From positions 5,114-69,113 of the IMG/VR virus record IMGVR_UViG_3300025928_000007: a stretch of DNA of 64,000 nucleotides; one strand, given 5' to 3'. Positions 9,268 to 18,698 of the stretch are shown here, piece by piece; position 1 is the stretch's first letter; every line of letters begins with the position of its first letter. This DNA is from a virus. The notes beneath the pieces are model-generated. The model was not told the origin of the DNA, searched no databases, and saw only the letters and a list, made by a program, of their open reading frames with translations. Made by a program: the position numbers and the translations under genes.

Positions 9268-9720
9268 ATGGAGGACTTCGAGGACGTGACGCCCACCCGG
9301 GCGATCCGTGAAGGATTCCGCTGGTTCCCCGCCGTCGTCATCCTGGGCGTCCTGGCTAGCGCCGTCATCGCGGTGCTGGTGATCGGCTGGCTGTTCCTGG
9401 GCTGGTTCACCGGCCAGCAGGCCGCGAACCGGGACTACTCCATCACGGTCCACAGCCAGGGCTATCAGACCACGCTGATCCAGACGATGACCAGCAGGCT
9501 CCAGGACATCAGCGACATCGGCGTGACACGATCCGGCGAACCGGCCAACTCCCCGATGCAGGCACCCCAGCGCGCACAGCAGTTGTCCGCGCTCCGGACG
9601 TTCTGCACCGACGCCGCACAACTCACCAGCGGCAACCCCGCCGCATCCCAGTTGTACCCCATCGCGGCAGCCAACTGTCTCGCTGGGACCGTCATCCCCA
9701 ACCCACCGCTCGTGAAGTAG
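9268..9720 (+). CDS. Single-pass membrane protein
   Basis: Long hydrophobic helix (AVVILGVLASAVIAVLVIGWLFLGWF); RBS. Confidence 0.8.
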   Translation: MEDFEDVTPTRAIREGFRWFPAVVILGVLASAVIAVLVIGWLFLGWFTGQQAANRDYSITVHSQGYQTTLIQTMTSRLQDISDIGVTRSGEPANSPMQAPQRAQQLSALRTFCTDAAQLTSGNPAASQLYPIAAANCLAGTVIPNPPLVK

Positions 9721-9733
9721 AGAGGCACCACTG

Positions 9734-10420
9734 ATGAGGTACGTCAACAGAAGGTCAATCAGCGCAGGTCTCGGTGTCCTGGCCGCCGTTGCGTTCATCG
9801 CCGGATGTAACAGCGGAAACAACGACACCACCGCCGAGAACGCCCAGGCCACCGCCGGGATCAGGCAGATCCTCCACAATCAGCCCGTGCCCGTGTTCCC
9901 GAGGTCGGACATGCGCGCATCGCTGACAACCGTGGAGGCCGTGCAGGCGCTGGGCGGCCCTACTACGTCCTTCATGATGCCGATGGGCTCAGGCGGCACG
10001 GGGGTTGACCCCATCGATGCCTGCGCATCCGAGGGTTTCCCGATCCCGTTCGGGACCGAACTGTCGAACCCGACCCAGATCAGCAACATCGACACCGCGA
10101 CCAACAAGGATCTGGGCGGCACCGGTAACGTGATCGACCAGATGGACCCGAACGGGGTCTATGCCGGTGGCAACTCATCCGGCACCTACGTCATGTGCGT
10201 CACCGCCAGCGGCAAGGCATCCCCGCGCTACTGGGAAGGCCCCGTCGAGACCGTGCCAGGCTCCGCCAACTGGAACACGACGACCCACTCCGTGGTCACC
10301 TTCGGCCCGCAGAATCTGCCGATCTGCACCCTTGAGGGCAGCGGCAAGGGCGCTCACTACAACTGCACGCTGCCGCCTGGCGCGAAGCAGAACCGTCACG
10401 TTCCCACCATCCACAGCTAG
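9734..10420 (+). CDS. Lipoprotein
   Basis: Lipobox FIAG-C; NQPVP, PIPFGTELSNP, MDPNGVY motifs. Confidence 0.8.
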   Translation: MRYVNRRSISAGLGVLAAVAFIAGCNSGNNDTTAENAQATAGIRQILHNQPVPVFPRSDMRASLTTVEAVQALGGPTTSFMMPMGSGGTGVDPIDACASEGFPIPFGTELSNPTQISNIDTATNKDLGGTGNVIDQMDPNGVYAGGNSSGTYVMCVTASGKASPRYWEGPVETVPGSANWNTTTHSVVTFGPQNLPICTLEGSGKGAHYNCTLPPGAKQNRHVPTIHS

Positions 10421-10465
10421 TCACACACCAGCCCATCCGGGCACGACAGAAACGAGGCACGTACG

Positions 10466-10906
10466 ATGGCAACCGCCAAGGCAGGACCCCGCAAGACCGC
10501 CCGCAACGTCACCCTCAAGCTCACCGAGGGCGAGGCAGAGCTTCTGCTCGCACTCACGAGCATGGTGGGCGGACGCCGCTCACACAGCCCGCGCAAGTAC
10601 GCGGAGCGCGTGCGTGTGGCCCTCGAAGCCGCCCTCGGCTACAACTACGAGAGCACCGACGCCTACCACCTGGGTCTGGGATCGGTCGAGTTCTTCGACT
10701 ACGACAACCACCCGCACATCACCGAGGGCATGCGGCACCGCGCTCTCCTGGAGTCGGCTGGTGTGCAACTGCATGCCGAGTTCGACCCGAGGTTCGAGGA
10801 CGTAAGGACTGTCCTCGACCACACCACCGAACTGGTGGAGTTCCTGGAGAGCCTGGCAGCGAGTGTCGGCGGCCAGAACGCCGGGGTCGTGTACCTGCCT
10901 GCCTGA
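10466..10906 (+). CDS. Hypothetical protein
   Basis: 146 aa, GAGG RBS, typical codon usage. Confidence 0.7.
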   Translation: MATAKAGPRKTARNVTLKLTEGEAELLLALTSMVGGRRSHSPRKYAERVRVALEAALGYNYESTDAYHLGLGSVEFFDYDNHPHITEGMRHRALLESAGVQLHAEFDPRFEDVRTVLDHTTELVEFLESLAASVGGQNAGVVYLPA

Positions 10907-10939
10907 GTCGATCCCGCAACGAAGTACACGGAGGACGCC

Positions 10940-11293
10940 ATGACAACCCCACCTCGACCACCGAGAGGGGAAAGCGATCTGGAACGAGAGCGCGACGAGC
11001 GCGCTACCTGGACGCCGCCCCCGGGTTACGTGGCTCCTGGTGTCCTTGATGGTGTAGCCGACCCGGACGAGCGCGATCCGGTGTTCGGCTACCCACCAGG
11101 GATGCCCTCAGGAAGCCCTGGGATGGACCCTGAGACCCTCGCAGAGCTTACGGGTGTCCTGAGTAACGCCCGCCACGTGTACAGCGCAGCGCGCGTCTCA
11201 GGCTTCTCCGATGACCAGGCGTTCCGGTTCGCACTGCACCACTATGAAATGATGGTCCGGATCAGCATGGAGGCGGCACGTGGACGGGATTGA
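10940..11293 (+). CDS. Hypothetical protein
   Basis: GGAGG RBS, 117 aa. Confidence 0.65.
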   Translation: MTTPPRPPRGESDLERERDERATWTPPPGYVAPGVLDGVADPDERDPVFGYPPGMPSGSPGMDPETLAELTGVLSNARHVYSAARVSGFSDDQAFRFALHHYEMMVRISMEAARGRD

Positions 11294-11468
11294 GTGCCCA
11301 TGCCAGTCGCGCCTGGAAGCGCTGGAGAAGCGGCTGGCCGCTCTGGAGGAAGGCGCGAAGGGGATTGACCCCTCAGGTACCACCACCATGACCACCCAGA
11401 CCACCTGGAAGCCATCCTTCGGGTTCACGAACGACCTGAAGCTTACCCCACCGGATGTGAGGGCATGA
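11280..11468 (+). CDS. Hypothetical protein
   Basis: GGAGG before GTG; short coiled-coil; ATGA-coupled to a 41-aa ORF (11465-11590). Confidence 0.5.
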   Translation: MDGIECPCQSRLEALEKRLAALEEGAKGIDPSGTTTMTTQTTWKPSFGFTNDLKLTPPDVRA

Positions 11469-11728
11469 CGATGAAGATACCTAGTGTCACTACCCTGGCC
11501 ATCAAGCTCGACATGGGCCAGATCGTCAGAGTGCTCCGTGCCACCGCGAAGCACCTGGCGGCACTGGCCGATGACCTGGAGGAAGCATGATCGACACACC
11601 CTCGACCGGAGCCTGGACTCAGGGCATCCAGCCAAGCGAGAATGTGCTGAGCGTATTGGAGACCCATGACGTGCTGCTCTATGACGAGCAGATGAGGCCG
11701 TTCGCGGTACTCGTTAAGGTTGACCGGT

Positions 11729-12253
11729 ATGTACCCAATAGTTGACCTGAACGACATCATCTGGCCAGCGGACCTGCGCTGGCACCTGGGTGTCACCGGC
11801 ACCCGCAAGCGCACCGAGGACGGTCACCACTTCCCAAGCTACGAGCAGACCTGGGCGATGGAGCAAGTAGTCAACCTCGCCGTCTCGCATGGTGCCTTCT
11901 GGGTACATCATGGCGCATGCACCGGATGGGATGAGGCGGTGGCCCGCTATGTGCGCCATGCCTTCCCGGGGCTGATCACCATCGCGCACCCGCCGATCAA
12001 GGAAGATCACCTGTCCCGGGCTGCCATCGAGGCTAGCCACATTGTCCACGAGCCCAAGGGCTACCATGTCCGCGACCGTGACATCGCTGAAGCCAGCGCC
12101 TTCCTGCTGGGCGGCCCCGCCTTCGCGGAGCACCACCCACGCTCGAAGTATTCGGGTACCTGGATGACAATCCGCATGGGGCAGAACCTCCGCGTCCCCG
12201 TCTATGCTTGTGATACGGAAGGAAACGTCCACAACGTCACGGAGGCAGCATGA
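11729..12253 (+). CDS. SLOG-superfamily (YspA/DprA-like) nucleotide-binding protein
   Basis: GVTGTR, VHHGACTGWD, HPP, VRDRDIA, SGTWMTIRMG motifs. Confidence 0.7.
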   Translation: MYPIVDLNDIIWPADLRWHLGVTGTRKRTEDGHHFPSYEQTWAMEQVVNLAVSHGAFWVHHGACTGWDEAVARYVRHAFPGLITIAHPPIKEDHLSRAAIEASHIVHEPKGYHVRDRDIAEASAFLLGGPAFAEHHPRSKYSGTWMTIRMGQNLRVPVYACDTEGNVHNVTEAA

Positions 12254-13035
12254 CAGCGCCCGATATGAGCGTCAGGACCAACGAGGGCCGGTTCTACCGA
12301 CGCCCTGGCAGTCAACTCCTGGTGCCCTCGATCACGAACGTGATCGGCATGAAGAACAAGCCCGGGATTCCCTACTGGGGCTACAAGCAGATCGGCATGT
12401 TCGTGGCCGACAACCTGAGTGCGATCAACCTCCTGGATGGTGACAAGCCTGCGATCATCGACCTGGTGAAGGGTGCGCCGCATCGTGCCACGGACAAGTC
12501 GTCTAACCGTGGCGACCTCGTGCATGACTGGATCGCCCAGCGCATCCACTCCAACGGCGAGTCCCCGACCTTCGAGGACATCGCCGCGAGCGGTGATAAG
12601 GGTGCCATCGGCATGTGGGAGGCATTCCTGCGGGTCGAGGAGACCTACAAGATCAGGTGGCTGTTCGCGGAGACCACCATATGGTCGGACAAGTACGAGT
12701 ACGCCGGTACCATCGACTGGATGGCTGAGGTCTTGGGTGCCGTCACCCTCGGAGATACCAAGACCGGCAACAACATCTACCCCGAGGTAGCCATGCAGGT
12801 TGCCGCCGCCGCCGAGGCTGACTACGCCTTTGACGACAACGGCAACAAGTTCCAGCTACCCACGCCCGAGCGATTCGCGGCGCTGCATCTGCGCCCGACG
12901 TTCGGCCGACTGCACCCACTGGAGAACATCGAGGAAGCATTCAAGGCGTTCCTCGGCCTGCGTGCCGTGTTCCAGTGGGACACTGAGTTCGCAGAGCAGA
13001 CCGTCCGCTACAGTCCCAAGATCGAAGTGAGGTAA
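12250..13035 (+). CDS. PD-(D/E)XK exonuclease (Cas4/RecE-like)
   Basis: VPSITNVI, RGDLVH, E-T...YAGTID...GDTKTG...Q motifs. Confidence 0.85.
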   Translation: MTAPDMSVRTNEGRFYRRPGSQLLVPSITNVIGMKNKPGIPYWGYKQIGMFVADNLSAINLLDGDKPAIIDLVKGAPHRATDKSSNRGDLVHDWIAQRIHSNGESPTFEDIAASGDKGAIGMWEAFLRVEETYKIRWLFAETTIWSDKYEYAGTIDWMAEVLGAVTLGDTKTGNNIYPEVAMQVAAAAEADYAFDDNGNKFQLPTPERFAALHLRPTFGRLHPLENIEEAFKAFLGLRAVFQWDTEFAEQTVRYSPKIEVR

Positions 13036-13042
13036 CAGAGGC

Positions 13043-13549
13043 ATGCCAGAGTACACAGTAGCCATCAACATCGGTGGTGTCCAGGTAGGGGTAGTCACCG
13101 CGAGCGTGAACGAACTGACGGAGCAGCTTGCGCTCCTGGAGAAGAACCGTGAGAGGATCGCGGAGCAGTTGGGTGTGCAGGACTCAGCACCGGCCGCCGA
13201 GGACATGCCCCAGAACGAGGCTGAGACGGCTCCTAAGCGCGTAGACCCATGGAGTGGTGACCCAGTACCGGATGACACTCCGAGGCGCTCAGCGGCCCGC
13301 TCAGCGCCGTCTAGGGGCACTTCTGGCGGGGGCTCGGGCAGCGCGCAGGGCACTCGCCAGGACACCGACCGGTTCGGCAACCGCTGGACCTTCGGCCTGC
13401 CGGATGCGCCATCCTGTGAGCACGGTCCTACGGCCCGCGTGAACGGCACGAGCCAGCAGGGCCGGAAGTACACCGCGTTCAAGTGCGCGCTCGGCGGCCC
13501 GGGTGGTGACTGGCGCAACAAGTGTGACTTCTTCCAGTACCCGGATTGA
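13043..13549 (+). CDS. Recombination-associated protein with C-terminal GRF-like zinc finger
   Basis: APSCEHG...GRKYTAFKC...CDFF; adjacent to the exonuclease. Confidence 0.65.
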   Translation: MPEYTVAINIGGVQVGVVTASVNELTEQLALLEKNRERIAEQLGVQDSAPAAEDMPQNEAETAPKRVDPWSGDPVPDDTPRRSAARSAPSRGTSGGGSGSAQGTRQDTDRFGNRWTFGLPDAPSCEHGPTARVNGTSQQGRKYTAFKCALGGPGGDWRNKCDFFQYPD

Positions 13550-13567
13550 AGAAAATGTCAGGTGTGC

Positions 13568-13597
13568 GCGAGAGCGGTGTGTGAGTGCCGCTCTCGC
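13568..13597 (+). terminator. Perfect 10-bp stem-loop
   Basis: gcgagagcgg-N10-ccgctctcgc, intergenic. Confidence 0.45.
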
Positions 13598-13679
13598 TCC
13601 GCCTAGGAGGACATAATGACGCCCGAGCGTGCAAGCATCGAGTTCCAGCTACTTCTGCTGGGACATGGAGCGCAGATTC

Positions 13680-14522
13680 GTGAGAACACTGGCAAGAGCG
13701 GTCAAGCGGGAGCAGTCCACCGGCCTGGTCCTGCCCACGGTCTACCCCAACCTGGAAGCGGCGACGATCCGGCTGAGGACCGGAGTGGTATCAATGGTCG
13801 TGGGCGAGCCCGGGTCATACAAGTCAACATTCGCCCTGAACTACATGATGGGACTGGTGGATCACAAGATCACCGGCCTGTATGTCAGCGCCGAGGACGA
13901 CGAGACGATTGTCGCCACACGGGTGGCCGCTCTCACCACCGGAGACCCCACTGAGGTTGTCGCCGCTAGTGTTCGTGAGGGTGGCTACGACCATGTCCTG
14001 AAGGACATGTCTCAGTATGTGGCCTTCGAGTTCCGCACGCTGAGTATTGAGCAGATCGCGGAACGGCTGCAAGCCTTCCGTACGGCGCATGGAGCCTTCC
14101 CGGGGGTACTCTATATCGACAACCTGATGTCGATGGTGGATGACCCCACCGACTACCACGGCCAGATGGTGTTCCTGCGTGACCTGTCCCAGATTGCTCA
14201 GACTGCTCCGGACCCGATAGCCATCATGGTGCTGCACCACACCCATGAGCACCCGCCCGAGAAGGAGAAGAAAAAGGACGGCCCGGTGGTTCGGTCACCG
14301 AAGCCACCACCACGCTGGGCGATTCATGGCAAGGTCAGCCAGTTCCCGAAGCTTATCCTCAGCATCGACACCATCGACATCCAGGGCAATACCTGGAAGC
14401 ACATGGGTGCCGCACCCGTGAAGAACAACTACGGCTTCCAAGACAAGACCGGCCAGTCGTTCGAGGACTTCTGGGTGGTTCCGGAGTCTGCTAGGATAAG
14501 ACCAATGAACGAGTCCGCCTAG
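13680..14522 (+). CDS. DnaB-like (RecA-fold) replicative helicase
   Basis: Walker A GEPGSYKST, YVSAE, LYIDNL, VLHH, VKN motifs; GGAG RBS before GTG. Confidence 0.85.
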   Translation: MRTLARAVKREQSTGLVLPTVYPNLEAATIRLRTGVVSMVVGEPGSYKSTFALNYMMGLVDHKITGLYVSAEDDETIVATRVAALTTGDPTEVVAASVREGGYDHVLKDMSQYVAFEFRTLSIEQIAERLQAFRTAHGAFPGVLYIDNLMSMVDDPTDYHGQMVFLRDLSQIAQTAPDPIAIMVLHHTHEHPPEKEKKKDGPVVRSPKPPPRWAIHGKVSQFPKLILSIDTIDIQGNTWKHMGAAPVKNNYGFQDKTGQSFEDFWVVPESARIRPMNESA

Positions 14523-14544
14523 GGCTCAAGACAAGGAGACGAAA

Positions 14545-14889
14545 ATGCCAGCAACTGCACCGACCGCAGCGGAGAAGAAGACCGCAGCCGCAGCACCGAA
14601 GGTGTCACCAATCGATGAAGCAGCCGATCTCCTCGCGCGGTATGTCGCCTACCGGCGCAAGCAGCTACGCGACCAGCTTGGTGGCACGGGCCAGCAGCGC
14701 AGCGGGGCCGCCATGATTCAGGCACGCGAGCGCGAGTCCTTCCTGGCGGAGCTTGATGCCTTCGGCCAGTGGCTGGCTGATGGTGCGCCCTCCGCTGAGA
14801 ACGTGCTCACACGGGCGGACAGAGAACTCTACCTGGCGATGCGGGAGCGCGGGCTGCCCCTTCCGGAAGGGATCGAGGACCAGCTATGA
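14545..14889 (+). CDS. Hypothetical protein
   Basis: AAGGAG RBS, 114 aa. Confidence 0.7.
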   Translation: MPATAPTAAEKKTAAAAPKVSPIDEAADLLARYVAYRRKQLRDQLGGTGQQRSGAAMIQARERESFLAELDAFGQWLADGAPSAENVLTRADRELYLAMRERGLPLPEGIEDQL

Positions 14890-15095
14890 GGTATACGGAT
14901 GGCGGCGTGACCTACGAGGACGCTCCCGTCGCGCGGGAGCCAGCCAACCCGAACTGCCGCCATTGCAAGACGCGGGAGATCGTCAGCGACGGCCATGGAG
15001 GGTGGGTACATGCCGATGACTACAAGTACCAGTGTGACCCTAACCCTAAGAGTGGACGCAACACAATGGCGGAGCCAGGTCACCGCCGTGCGTAG
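14886..15095 (+). CDS. Small Cys/His protein
   Basis: ATGA coupling; CRHC...WVH...C. Confidence 0.6.
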   Translation: MRYTDGGVTYEDAPVAREPANPNCRHCKTREIVSDGHGGWVHADDYKYQCDPNPKSGRNTMAEPGHRRA

Positions 15096-15099
15096 GAGA

Positions 15100-15306
15100 A
15101 TGCTCGTGGGCGAAATGGAGGACGCCATGCGCAGGCTCACGCCGTGCATGGTTGTCGTGGCCAGCGGGTGGCGTGGTCTTCGTCAGCACTATATCGACGC
15201 CGCCGCAGAGATCATGCTGTTCGTGGAGGCGGGTGACAATGCAGCCGGTCAAGCGGAAGCGCAGGACCCAGGCACAGATGATGGAGGCACGGCGGAAGGC
15301 GCGTAA
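15100..15306 (+). CDS. Hypothetical protein
   Basis: Fills the gap; start uncertain. Confidence 0.4.
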   Translation: MLVGEMEDAMRRLTPCMVVVASGWRGLRQHYIDAAAEIMLFVEAGDNAAGQAEAQDPGTDDGGTAEGA

Positions 15307-15709
15307 CGCCCGCCGTCACCACCTCAAGACTCAGCACCATATGACCCAGGAACAGTACGACGCTCTACTGGCGTTCCAGGGTGGCGTGTGTGCGATGTGT
15401 CACAGGCCGCCGCAGCCGAACAAGAACCTGCATGTGGATCATGACCATGGTCCTGCCAAGCGCGGCGACCCACTGTGTGACCACCCACATGAGCAGTCCT
15501 GTTCGAACTGCTGGCGAGCCCTGCTGCACCGGCATTGCAACGACGTGCTCAGCCGTGTGAGGGACTCCCAGGAGACACTTCTCAACGCGGTGGATGTCCT
15601 GCGCAACCCGCCCGCGCAAGCCTGGAGAGCCGCCGTGCCAGGTGCTACGATGGTAGTGCTGACGATGGAGGTAGACGATGCCGGAACTGGTCAAGCCAGA
15701 CCTGGCTAG
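15239..15709 (+). CDS. Endonuclease VII (Holliday junction resolvase)
   Basis: TQEQYDALLAFQGGVCAMC...LHVDHDH...RALLHRHCN. Confidence 0.85.
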   Translation: MQPVKRKRRTQAQMMEARRKARNARRHHLKTQHHMTQEQYDALLAFQGGVCAMCHRPPQPNKNLHVDHDHGPAKRGDPLCDHPHEQSCSNCWRALLHRHCNDVLSRVRDSQETLLNAVDVLRNPPAQAWRAAVPGATMVVLTMEVDDAGTGQARPG

Positions 15710-16028
15710 GATTCTCGAACACTACGGAGCGGACGTAAGCCGTCTATCACGAATAGGATGGTCGAGGCACAAGGTCAGATGTGTGGTGCATGATGATCAC
15801 AACCCGTCGATGTCTGTCAACCTGGGAACAGGGAAGGTCCATTGCTGGTCGTGTGATATGTCAGGCGACGGTTACGACATCATCATGAGGAAGGAAGGAC
15901 TGGGTTTCAGTGAAGCAAAGCAGTGGGCAGCCGATAACCTTGGAATCGAAGGCACAGAAGTACGCAGCACATCTGATGGGGGAAAGCCTGGACGATGGGT
16001 TCCTCCCTGGGTGGCGCAGAACGATTAG
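15678..16028 (+). CDS. DNA primase, CHC2 zinc-binding domain (split primase part 1)
   Basis: CVVHDDHNPSMSV...HCWSC...GD. Confidence 0.85.
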   Translation: MPELVKPDLARILEHYGADVSRLSRIGWSRHKVRCVVHDDHNPSMSVNLGTGKVHCWSCDMSGDGYDIIMRKEGLGFSEAKQWAADNLGIEGTEVRSTSDGGKPGRWVPPWVAQND

Positions 16029-16656
16029 CTACCTGCGCTCGCGCGGCCTGGATGGTGATGAGGGACGGCGTATCGCGCAGAAGTACCAGCTTGGGTTCGT
16101 GAATCCTGCCGAGCCCGCTGACCGTCGCTTCGCGGAAATGCTTGCCATCCCGTATTACACCCAGGCCGGTGTCGTGGACATCAAGTACCGCTGCACCCGT
16201 GACCATGACTGCAAGGCGTACGCCCGCGAGCACGACCCGTCCCATGCCAAGTACGGCAAGGCCACCGGCAGCGAGACCTGGATTTTCAACCCGCGCGCCT
16301 TCTTCGAGGCTGATGACACACTCGGCGTGGCAGAGGGTGAGATCGACGCCATTGTCGCGACCGAATACCTGGGCATCCCAACTATCGGAATCCCGGGCGT
16401 AGAAGCCTGGACCGCCTATGGCAAGGTGTGGAAGCACCTGATGCGGGAGGACTATGCACGGGTGCTCGTATTCGTGGACGGCGACGAGCCCAGCCAGAGT
16501 CATCCAGAGGGCGCGGGGTATGAGTTTGCCCGTGCCGTAGCGCAGGATGTTGGCCCCGTGACTCATCTGGTAAGATGTCTTCGTGGTGAGGATGTGGCCT
16601 CAATGGTCGCATCAGGCCGTGGTGACATTCTACGAGAGAGGGCTGGGCTGATCTAA
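15910..16656 (+). CDS. DNA primase, catalytic TOPRIM part (split primase part 2)
   Basis: YLRSRGL, LAIPY, KYR, AEGEIDAI, DGD motifs; start uncertain. Confidence 0.85.
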   Translation: MKQSSGQPITLESKAQKYAAHLMGESLDDGFLPGWRRTISYLRSRGLDGDEGRRIAQKYQLGFVNPAEPADRRFAEMLAIPYYTQAGVVDIKYRCTRDHDCKAYAREHDPSHAKYGKATGSETWIFNPRAFFEADDTLGVAEGEIDAIVATEYLGIPTIGIPGVEAWTAYGKVWKHLMREDYARVLVFVDGDEPSQSHPEGAGYEFARAVAQDVGPVTHLVRCLRGEDVASMVASGRGDILRERAGLI

Positions 16657-16860
16657 ATGCCTGATAACGGTTGCAGAGAATCCGACTGGAATAAGTGTGA
16701 CGCGCACGCGCGGCATGTAAGCGACAGCGGTCATGAGACGGTGGTGACCTGCGACCTGGAACGCCATGCGGCACCCATGGACACGGACGCGCAGCACCAT
16801 GACCCGCACCTCGGGATCAACTGGACCTATGATGACGATGAGGTCCGGTTTGACGACTGA
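16657..16860 (+). CDS. Small Cys/His protein
   Basis: Abuts primase stop. Confidence 0.55.
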   Translation: MPDNGCRESDWNKCDAHARHVSDSGHETVVTCDLERHAAPMDTDAQHHDPHLGINWTYDDDEVRFDD

Positions 16861-17035
16861 GGACTGGCGTCCGTTCTGCGGGTATGAGTACCCGGCGTAT
16901 CTAGTAGCCGGTGACCCGCCCGTCTGTGTGCGCCCGCTGCACGATGTAGTCTTGGAGAAGCATCAGGACGCAGCCGGGTTCACCTGGTGGCAGACACAGG
17001 AAGTTACAGGAGGCAGACGTGACGACGATCATTAA
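16850..17035 (+). CDS. Small Cys/His protein
   Basis: TTG start overlapping the previous gene; C...C..H...H pattern. Confidence 0.5.
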   Translation: MTTEDWRPFCGYEYPAYLVAGDPPVCVRPLHDVVLEKHQDAAGFTWWQTQEVTGGRRDDDH

Positions 17036-17249
17036 CGGTGTGCAGATGATGGACCGAGGCGAAATTTGGTCCGTGAAGCGCACCTCAACGGATGGTGTGG
17101 AGACCGAGGTCGCCTGCCCGGAGGGCGAGGACGAGGCACGGCTGCTACATAGCGCATTCGGTGGCAAGCTCTGGAAGCGTATCATGTACGTCACCGAGGG
17201 TGAGGAAGTATCGCCCGAGCCAGCAGTGCCCGCTGACGACCTTCTCTGA
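17019..17249 (+). CDS. Hypothetical protein
   Basis: AGGAGG RBS. Confidence 0.65.
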   Translation: MTTIINGVQMMDRGEIWSVKRTSTDGVETEVACPEGEDEARLLHSAFGGKLWKRIMYVTEGEEVSPEPAVPADDLL

Positions 17250-17256
17250 GGCGGTC

Positions 17257-17670
17257 ATGAAGACGATCCGCCCTGAGTCGGAGTTCTCGATACTGGTCGA
17301 GTTCCCCGCCAGCCCGAGCGGGGTGGTGCCATCCCACGGGATCAAGCTATGGCGAGTGCAGCCGGATGGCACACTGACGGCGATCACCACCTGTGGCGGC
17401 CTCACCCTCTATGCCAGCGCGGAGTCCGTTGTCTGGGCGGAGCTAGAGCTATATGTGGACGCCTGGGGCCAGCCGATATTCGACGGCCGACCACTCATAG
17501 GCGCGGACCATCAGGTCATCACCGGAATCTTCTCCGCCGACGTAGCGGGGATACGATCCACCACCAGCTATTCACGCGGTTATGCGAGCGCCCTGATAGA
17601 TACACATCAGCGGGTGCCCACCACACCGTTCAAGGACACACCGGACAAGGTAATCGAGGCAAAGTCATGA
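17257..17670 (+). CDS. Hypothetical protein
   Basis: GAGG RBS; ATGA coupling to vWA gene. Confidence 0.6.
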   Translation: MKTIRPESEFSILVEFPASPSGVVPSHGIKLWRVQPDGTLTAITTCGGLTLYASAESVVWAELELYVDAWGQPIFDGRPLIGADHQVITGIFSADVAGIRSTTSYSRGYASALIDTHQRVPTTPFKDTPDKVIEAKS

Positions 17671-18698
17671 GGCAGGACGAGTACACCCCCAACTACATCA
17701 ACCACATCGGCTTCGTGGTTGACATGTCACAGTCGATGCTGAAGCACATGGCAGGGCTGGTCGCCGCCGTGGATGCGGAGACGGCCCGGCTCGCCCGGCG
17801 CTCGAAGGAACTTGACCAGGAGACACGGATCACGGTCTACCTGTTCAACTACACGACCACATGCGTGTTCTACGACAAGGACGCGCTACGGCTCCCGTCC
17901 ATCCGGGGCCACTACCACCCAGCCGGTCGCACCGCACTGCGTGACGCCATGGGCCGCGCCATCAACGACATGAAGCAGACCGCCACGCTCTATGGTGACC
18001 ATGCCTTCCTGCTCTATGTCTGGACCGATGGCTGGGAGAACGAGTCCCACCTGGTATCTCAGCTTGGCCTGCGCAGCCAGATTCAGGCACTGCCGGATAA
18101 CTGGACCATCGCCGGTCTTGGCCCGAATGCCAACTCCGTTCATGAAATGAAGGGTCTCGGAATCCCCGCCGGAAACATTTCGGTCTGGAACACTCAGGCC
18201 GATGATGGTGCGGAGGGCGCGGTCGGCCAGATGTCCACCGCTACGGACAACTTCATGCTCGGCCGGGCGAAGGGCGTGCGTGGCACCCGGGACCTGTTCA
18301 GCACCGGCCCGGAGGCCGTGAACGCCGCCACCATCCGGGGTGCGGGTCTCGGCAGGCTGGCCCGGAGCAGCTACTACGTCTGGGACGTGCTCGCGGCTAG
18401 CGAGATCCGCCCGTTCGTGGAGGCTCATGGTCATACGTACTTCATCGGAAGTTCCTACTACCAGCTAACCCGGCGCGTGAACATCCAGAAGCGCAAGAAG
18501 ATCGCTATCCGTGACAAGCGCACGGGCGATGTCTATTCCGGCCAGGAGGCACGCAGCCTACTGGGGCTGCCGGATATGGACGTGACCGTTACCCCGTCCG
18601 ACAACCCGGACTACGAAATCTTCGTCCAGTCCACGTCCGTGAACCGCAAGCTGGTGCCGAACACACGGCTGCTCTACATCAAGCAGGGATCGCTGTGA
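17667..18698 (+). CDS. von Willebrand factor A (vWA) domain protein
   Basis: MIDAS motif VVDMSQSM, GRTALRDAMG, WTDGWENES. Confidence 0.85.
   Translation: MRQDEYTPNYINHIGFVVDMSQSMLKHMAGLVAAVDAETARLARRSKELDQETRITVYLFNYTTTCVFYDKDALRLPSIRGHYHPAGRTALRDAMGRAINDMKQTATLYGDHAFLLYVWTDGWENESHLVSQLGLRSQIQALPDNWTIAGLGPNANSVHEMKGLGIPAGNISVWNTQADDGAEGAVGQMSTATDNFMLGRAKGVRGTRDLFSTGPEAVNAATIRGAGLGRLARSSYYVWDVLAASEIRPFVEAHGHTYFIGSSYYQLTRRVNIQKRKKIAIRDKRTGDVYSGQEARSLLGLPDMDVTVTPSDNPDYEIFVQSTSVNRKLVPNTRLLYIKQGSL

Noticed and set aside
12250-13035. Cas4 / CRISPR system
   Set aside because: Ordinary phage PD-(D/E)XK exonuclease; no repeat-spacer array or other cas genes seen
17349-17666. N-terminal extension of the vWA ORF
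   Set aside because: Overlaps the 17257-17670 gene; ATGA coupling supports the start at 17667
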